This document shows positions 58,832-64,000 of a DNA stretch of 64,000 nucleotides, one piece after another (within the stretch, counting starts at the first letter, position 1; each line of letters opens with the position of its first letter). A program made the position numbers and the translations under genes. The notes beneath the pieces are model-generated. The model made no database searches. It had not been told where the DNA came from and saw only the letters and a list, made by a program, of their open reading frames with translations. This stretch comes from Naegleria gruberi (Eukaryota). The DNA lies in the NCBI GenBank assembly GCA_000004985.1, contig GG738849.1; one strand, 5' to 3'.

Positions 58832-59169
58832 ATGTCTAAATGGCAAGAGAAGTGGAAACGTTCGGAGAGGGAAGAAGTAGACAATATGAAAAAGAAGGAT
58901 ATTACCTCTCCAGATAATATTGTTTGTATTTTTCAATAATATATATTTTAATATTTAATTTCAAAATTAATGCAAATATTATACAAATTAAATATGTATT
59001 ATATTAAAAATAGTTTACACTTGTATTGGGTGTTGGTATCATTGGATTGGGTGCTTTATTATTTAATACTTTTTTTGCTAACGTAGACAGTGATGGAAAT
59101 GAAATCAAGGTAAAAGCAATCACTGCCGATTATGATAACACTGTTTATCATCCCGAAGAGGAACTCTAG
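58832..59169 (+). CDS. Candidate small (81-aa) single-pass membrane protein. Two exons: 58832..58921 and 59014..59169.
   Basis: ATG, then 30 codons, then a GTTTGT donor and AAAATAG acceptor (92-nt AT-rich intron). The second exon encodes FTLVLGVGIIGLGALLFNTFF (TM) and an acidic tail ending in TAG. Not in the supplied track, because each piece is below 60 aa. Confidence 0.35.
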
Positions 59170-59259
59170 AAGAAGAGAATTTGAATTACAATTTTTCATC
59201 ATGTGAGAACACTGTGAGATAATGGATCATTGATGAATTGATGAAGAATTTGATGGGCA

Positions 59260-61737
59260 ATGAACTTGGATCTATGCATACTGGCATGTTCGTCAACAGA
59301 CAAAACACAACAATTAAAAATGTCAGCACTTCAACCATCTGTGGAACCCATTCGATTTATTGGTCAGAAATCAGAGAGTGGCAATACACCAACAATAAAT
59401 GTTCCATTTAAATCTATTGTTAGTCATGCAATGGCATCAACTATTGTGGATCCGTTCAGTAATAAGAATGAAGATATTCCCTTCTCTCTCTTTCTATTTG
59501 GTGGTCAGATAAATAACAAAAGAAGTGACGGAATGTTTGAGTGTCGTATTGAAAAGATGGTTGCCTATGATGAGAAGGAAGTTCAAGATTTATTATTGGA
59601 AACAAAAGTTGCCAATAATTCAATGTTGACCATTACAGAATTTATCACTTGTGAGAAGAGGGATGGTTGTTGGCCATCTGCTCGATCTCATCATCAAATG
59701 GTTTATAGACCACCTAATGATGAACATATTGATGGAAGTTTGGTTTTATTTGGTGGACAAGATAGTCAATTTAAAGCACTTGGAGATTTATATGAATTTG
59801 ATATTCATACTAGAGAGTGGAAACAAATAGTTGAACAATCTGGTCAATTGTGGCCTACTCGTAGACATGGACATTCAATGATATATAGACCTAGTAAGGA
59901 CAGTCTTGTAATTTTGGGAGGTGTTGATACACTAAACAGAACTATTTTTGAACCATTCGAATATCTATTCCCTGAAAAAAAATGGAAAAAGATTGAATTA
60001 ATAGCCAAGACTGGTAGTGCACTCTCCCTGACAAGCACTTCCTCTATTGATCCACTCTGTTTAAGGCCTCGTGCTAATCATTCTGCTGTTTTGTACAATG
60101 CTCAAAATTCAAGATTTGTTCAATTTCACACTTTGAACAATGCAGAAACTGTTGAGGATGGAACTCAAGATGTTATGATTATATTTGGAGGTAATAATGA
60201 ACAGGATTATTACAATGACATGTTTTCTATCAATCTTGGTACTTTGAACGTCGATATTATTATGAGTTCGCATCGTATTAATGTCTATCCTCGAATGAAA
60301 CATACGTGCATTATTACACGAGGTGAAAAGGCCTTGGTTATTGGTGGAAACAGAAAAGCCAGATATGATGAAATGAAAGTCGTCTCTGGAAAGACTTCAA
60401 AATCATTCTTCATGAGTGTTTTGGGAAGTATAGCACCAAAATCCAGCATTGATGCACCAATTCTCAATGGAATGGTAGCCAGAAATTTAATTACCGATTT
60501 TACTGTTAAAAATCAAGAAGCAGAACTTGATTTTAATGACATTTCACATCATACCACATGCAGTGTTTCTCCTTCATGCTTTATCTTTGTTGGTGGTCAA
60601 TTCAATAATGTTGGCGAAAAGATGACCACCAATACAAAGAATGACAAGATTTGGGTTTGCAATTTGGGTCAGTACTCTGAAACTATTGAAAAATTACAGA
60701 ATGCTGAACAAAAGAAAGAATTTGGAAAGGAGTTTTACAGAAGAATGCTAGACAATTTGGGAGAGTATGGACCTATCGGATATGATTTGAGAGTTAACGT
60801 ACTCAATGAAAAGACGTTCCTTGTTCACAAATTTATGCTCTCCAGATTTGAATATTTTAGAAAGCTCATCAAAGAACACTCCTCTCATCAAGTTGGAGGC
60901 ATTGTTGAGATACCAATTTCTGATGCTTCAGTTGATACAATCAGTAATGTCATTGACTACATTTATGGTATTGAACCACCAGTTTTTAGCAATCCAGAAG
61001 AAGTCCAAATCCTGACCAAATATTGTGAGAAACACTCTATGGGATCAATTGTCAAATATACTCATGGAAAGGTTTATCTCCAAAGATCGGATTATGAATC
61101 CTACTTGCCAGAAATTCAATTACTTTTATTCTTCAAGAGAGTGTACATGGGAGAATTCCCTGAATTGCATCAATATTTCAATTCTACTGTTCGTCTAATT
61201 ACTCAAGGTGAAAATGCAGAAAACACCAATATTGATATTCAACTTCCTTTGCAAATTCTTGTAAATAATGATTTTTTCCATGGATGTTTAAGAGACTTGT
61301 ATATCAAACACAAACTGCACGGTCAAGATTCTCAAAATTACATTATTGAAATTGATAATTCAATTTTCCCATTCCTCGACACTAGCTATTTTCCAATTAT
61401 TGAAAGATATATTGCCACTCTCTATCAGGCACCAGTTCATATTTTTAGCTCTGAAGGAGAAGCTGTAGTTTCACAACTCATTCAATTATATTTGGTCAGT
61501 AATTTATTGAGTGATACATATATGGAAGTATTGATTATGGACTCAATCAAGAGAAGAATTTCATTTGAAAATGCATTCCAATTGTTATGTTTTGCTTATC
61601 AACATCAATCACCTAATGAAGTTGTATTCATTTACAATGAATGTATTCGAAAGTTGAAGGAAGTTATTCCGTTGGAAGATGTGAACAAAATAATCAATTT
61701 CCTCAATCAAGAATACGCCAAACAATTTGATATTTAA
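59260..61737 (+). CDS. Kelch-repeat plus BTB/POZ protein (LZTR1-like architecture).
   Basis: N-terminal Kelch blades (LFGGQ.., R..H.MVY, W.P, LGG) and a C-terminal BTB region (YDLRVNVLNEKTFLVHKFMLSRFEYFRKLI). The start may be the internal MSALQPSV. Confidence 0.6.
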   Translation: MNLDLCILACSSTDKTQQLKMSALQPSVEPIRFIGQKSESGNTPTINVPFKSIVSHAMASTIVDPFSNKNEDIPFSLFLFGGQINNKRSDGMFECRIEKMVAYDEKEVQDLLLETKVANNSMLTITEFITCEKRDGCWPSARSHHQMVYRPPNDEHIDGSLVLFGGQDSQFKALGDLYEFDIHTREWKQIVEQSGQLWPTRRHGHSMIYRPSKDSLVILGGVDTLNRTIFEPFEYLFPEKKWKKIELIAKTGSALSLTSTSSIDPLCLRPRANHSAVLYNAQNSRFVQFHTLNNAETVEDGTQDVMIIFGGNNEQDYYNDMFSINLGTLNVDIIMSSHRINVYPRMKHTCIITRGEKALVIGGNRKARYDEMKVVSGKTSKSFFMSVLGSIAPKSSIDAPILNGMVARNLITDFTVKNQEAELDFNDISHHTTCSVSPSCFIFVGGQFNNVGEKMTTNTKNDKIWVCNLGQYSETIEKLQNAEQKKEFGKEFYRRMLDNLGEYGPIGYDLRVNVLNEKTFLVHKFMLSRFEYFRKLIKEHSSHQVGGIVEIPISDASVDTISNVIDYIYGIEPPVFSNPEEVQILTKYCEKHSMGSIVKYTHGKVYLQRSDYESYLPEIQLLLFFKRVYMGEFPELHQYFNSTVRLITQGENAENTNIDIQLPLQILVNNDFFHGCLRDLYIKHKLHGQDSQNYIIEIDNSIFPFLDTSYFPIIERYIATLYQAPVHIFSSEGEAVVSQLIQLYLVSNLLSDTYMEVLIMDSIKRRISFENAFQLLCFAYQHQSPNEVVFIYNECIRKLKEVIPLEDVNKIINFLNQEYAKQFDI

Positions 61738-61860
61738 TAATAAACATGTAGCATTTCCATAATAATAACAAACCAAAAGAGGTACTGTTATCTTGGATTC
61801 TATCCATGTAGATTATCACAACGAGAAAATTTCCAAACAAAAAAGCCAAAACAAAAAACA

Positions 61861-62661
61861 ATGGTAGAATCTTCATTAAGTATCACAGACGGTATTGAAT
61901 GGTTGAAGCAAGAACATCAACTTATCAGACAATTATTCGATTCATGGCATAACTCTCACATACAGCACGAACGAAATGCTATCGTTGAAAAGTTTATCAG
62001 TGAAATCTGTATCCATGCAAGTATTGAGGAAAGATATGTCTATCCATTAATTGAGGAGAAAGTTCGTGGTAGATATGGTAAACTATTATCAGATAGAAAC
62101 TATCTCGATGACCAATTGAATAAGGAAATGCTTCAATTCCTAATGGACAATGTCAATGAATTGAAGAATGATAATGAAAGAAACATGTTCAATAAGGTAG
62201 TTGAGAAATTCATCACCATTGAAACTGATCACTTGAAACAAGAGGAGGATGATGTCTTTCCACTCTTGAAATTAGCACTCACATCTCAAGAGCTGAAAGA
62301 AATGTGTGACAATCTCAAGAATGGACGAACATCAGCTCCAACTCATCCTCATCCAATGAGCCCAATGAAGTTTGGTAGTAAAATCTTGCATCCAATTGCT
62401 GGAGCATTCGATAAGATTATGGATAATATGGGAATGGGTCTGAATCAACATTTAGATTTACCTCCACTTACTGAAACAATTGAAGAATCTGTCAGCACTC
62501 AAGCAAAACCATTATTGGAATTTGATACTCCAACTACAATTGGAAATGTTGAGAGTAAGCAAATGACTGATGTACCATTGACTACCTTGCAAGAACCAAA
62601 ACAAAAACAACCAATCTATGTGGAGAATGAATCAATTTTCGATACTCCTTCTAATTTGTAA
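61861..62661 (+). CDS. Hemerythrin HHE cation-binding domain protein.
   Basis: Paired H..E/H-containing helices (EHQLIRQLFD..H, HASIEERYVYPLIEE, E.DHLKQEEDDVFPLL) typical of the HHE family. Confidence 0.5.
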   Translation: MVESSLSITDGIEWLKQEHQLIRQLFDSWHNSHIQHERNAIVEKFISEICIHASIEERYVYPLIEEKVRGRYGKLLSDRNYLDDQLNKEMLQFLMDNVNELKNDNERNMFNKVVEKFITIETDHLKQEEDDVFPLLKLALTSQELKEMCDNLKNGRTSAPTHPHPMSPMKFGSKILHPIAGAFDKIMDNMGMGLNQHLDLPPLTETIEESVSTQAKPLLEFDTPTTIGNVESKQMTDVPLTTLQEPKQKQPIYVENESIFDTPSNL

Positions 62662-62765
62662 ATATCTTGAATAAAAAACTGCATTGCAAATCTATTGTTT
62701 CAATCTTTGTTCATTCCTTGACATTTCAATTCATTTGGTTGTTATTTCATTACAGAACTGTTGGT

Positions 62766-63986
62766 TTATTTCTTTTTGGGATTGAAAGAATGAAAAGTCA
62801 AACCTGTTGATTGATCCTTAATAGGTTGTTCTGTCTGGTCAAATGAGTGGAAAGTCCAAGAAGAGGAAGAAATACTAGCCGAATGCATGTTTGATTTCTT
62901 AGGAGATTGTTCAGCAGAATTAACGGATGGATAGTTTGCAACAATTTGAATGGGTTGTGAATTATTGTTCGTCCAAACAGGAGGAGCAGTACCACTAACA
63001 ATCTGTATTGTTGTTGCAGGTTTTCTTTCCTGTTGTGTTGAATTTGCAACATTGTTAGCAGTGGTACCTGTTGCTGCTGAGACATTCTTATTGGAAAGTG
63101 ATGATTGCTGACTATTCGATTGTTGTTGTTGAATTGATAGAGTATTACTTGGAACACAACCTTCAAAATCAGAATTTGTAAAGGTTGGGAAATTGCTAGT
63201 TACAATAGATTTAGATGATTTGCTAACCTTGGCAGCTGAACCTTCTACATTATTTCCTGTGCTGTTTCTCTTTTTTGGATTTGGTGAATCGCTATTCTTC
63301 ATCATTATTTGATTGGATGGCATGTAATCAATGTGTGATAATGGTTGTGCATAATTATTGGAATAGTCAGTAATTTTGAATTGACCTAAAGGAGGTTGAG
63401 AAACGTGGAATTGATGAGTAATATTCTTAGTAGCATTAGTTTGATTATTATTATTTACAATTTGAGTGGACGGTTGTGCCTTAATTGGTTCATAATTTGA
63501 AAATTGAATTGTTTGTGACTGATTAGTGGAAGGTTGATAGTTTGTAAATTTAGTATTGTTTGTTTTTTTCAGTGATGTTACATTTGGTTGTTGCACTGTT
63601 TGCTGTTCTGATAAATTAATTGTTGACATCATTGGTGGAGAAGATTGAATTGGTTGTTGTGGTTGTGGATTTGCAAAATTATGAAATGTAAAATTGTTTG
63701 GAATGTTTGATTCTTTTGGTTTGTTGTTCTTCTTCTTGGATTGACCTGGTTGCATGGGAGACGATTGATTGACTTGTTCAACAAAAACCAGTGGTTGATT
63801 ATTTATCATTACCTGTTCCGAAATGGTAGTAGTTGTAATAGTGTTATTACCAATTGATTGTTGTTGAATTCGTTGTTGATGTTGTGGTTCAAAGACTTGT
63901 TGAGAATCATTTCCTCCTTGTTTGTTGAAATTATGGAACACTAGAGTTGTATTCATTCCATTGTTATTATTATTGGATGACATCAA
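62766..63986 (-). CDS. N/Q/S/T-rich low-complexity protein of unknown function.
   Basis: A 406-aa ORF with coding periodicity. Poly-N/Q tracts. No recognisable domains. Confidence 0.4.
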   Translation of the reverse strand: MMSSNNNNNGMNTTLVFHNFNKQGGNDSQQVFEPQHQQRIQQQSIGNNTITTTTISEQVMINNQPLVFVEQVNQSSPMQPGQSKKKNNKPKESNIPNNFTFHNFANPQPQQPIQSSPPMMSTINLSEQQTVQQPNVTSLKKTNNTKFTNYQPSTNQSQTIQFSNYEPIKAQPSTQIVNNNNQTNATKNITHQFHVSQPPLGQFKITDYSNNYAQPLSHIDYMPSNQIMMKNSDSPNPKKRNSTGNNVEGSAAKVSKSSKSIVTSNFPTFTNSDFEGCVPSNTLSIQQQQSNSQQSSLSNKNVSAATGTTANNVANSTQQERKPATTIQIVSGTAPPVWTNNNSQPIQIVANYPSVNSAEQSPKKSNMHSASISSSSWTFHSFDQTEQPIKDQSTGLTFHSFNPKKK

Positions 63987-64000
63987 TGTTGTCTTTGATT

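Noticed and set aside
1-64000. tRNA, rRNA, CRISPR arrays, transposons/LTRs
   Set aside because: I scanned for T-loop-like GTTCGA motifs, long direct or inverted repeats, and RT or transposase-like ORFs. None was convincing. The sequence is eukaryotic, so CRISPR is not expected.

Overview
This is AT-rich, very gene-dense eukaryotic nuclear DNA, not prokaryotic. About 27 protein-coding genes lie on both strands. Most are long single-exon ORFs. Several are interrupted by very small spliceosomal introns (36-193 nt, donors GTAAGT/GTATGT/GTTAGT, acceptors mostly ATAG/TTAG/ACAG). Convergent genes sit as little as 5-8 nt apart. I could find no rRNA, tRNA, CRISPR or recognisable transposons. The gene content suggests a free-living, probably ciliated or flagellated protist, possibly heterolobosean or amoeba-like, but the taxon is an inference. 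Recognisable genes are glutaminase, a multi-BRCT scaffold, an HMGB-like protein, an MT-A70 methyltransferase with ZZ fingers, a BBS-type chaperonin-like protein, DHX8/PRP22, PARN, NOL10, a MAP2K-like kinase, two F-box/LRR proteins, an MGAT4-like glycosyltransferase, an acyl-CoA synthetase, glutamate dehydrogenase, an ankyrin-repeat protein, DNA polymerase theta, the mitochondrial phosphate carrier, a BPI/LBP-like lipid-binding protein, kynureninase, an armadillo-type repeat protein, a Kelch-BTB protein and a hemerythrin-HHE protein. The most unusual items are the MT-A70+ZZ fusion, a 1315-aa protein combining an NYN/PIN-like nuclease-like region with ribonuclease-inhibitor-type LRRs, and a 2455-aa orphan giant ORF. 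Near-overlapping convergent gene pairs and an unlisted small two-exon membrane protein gene are also worth a second look. Several ORFs in the supplied track are exons of the same gene. Some 'M' starts in the track are TTG/GTG rather than ATG.
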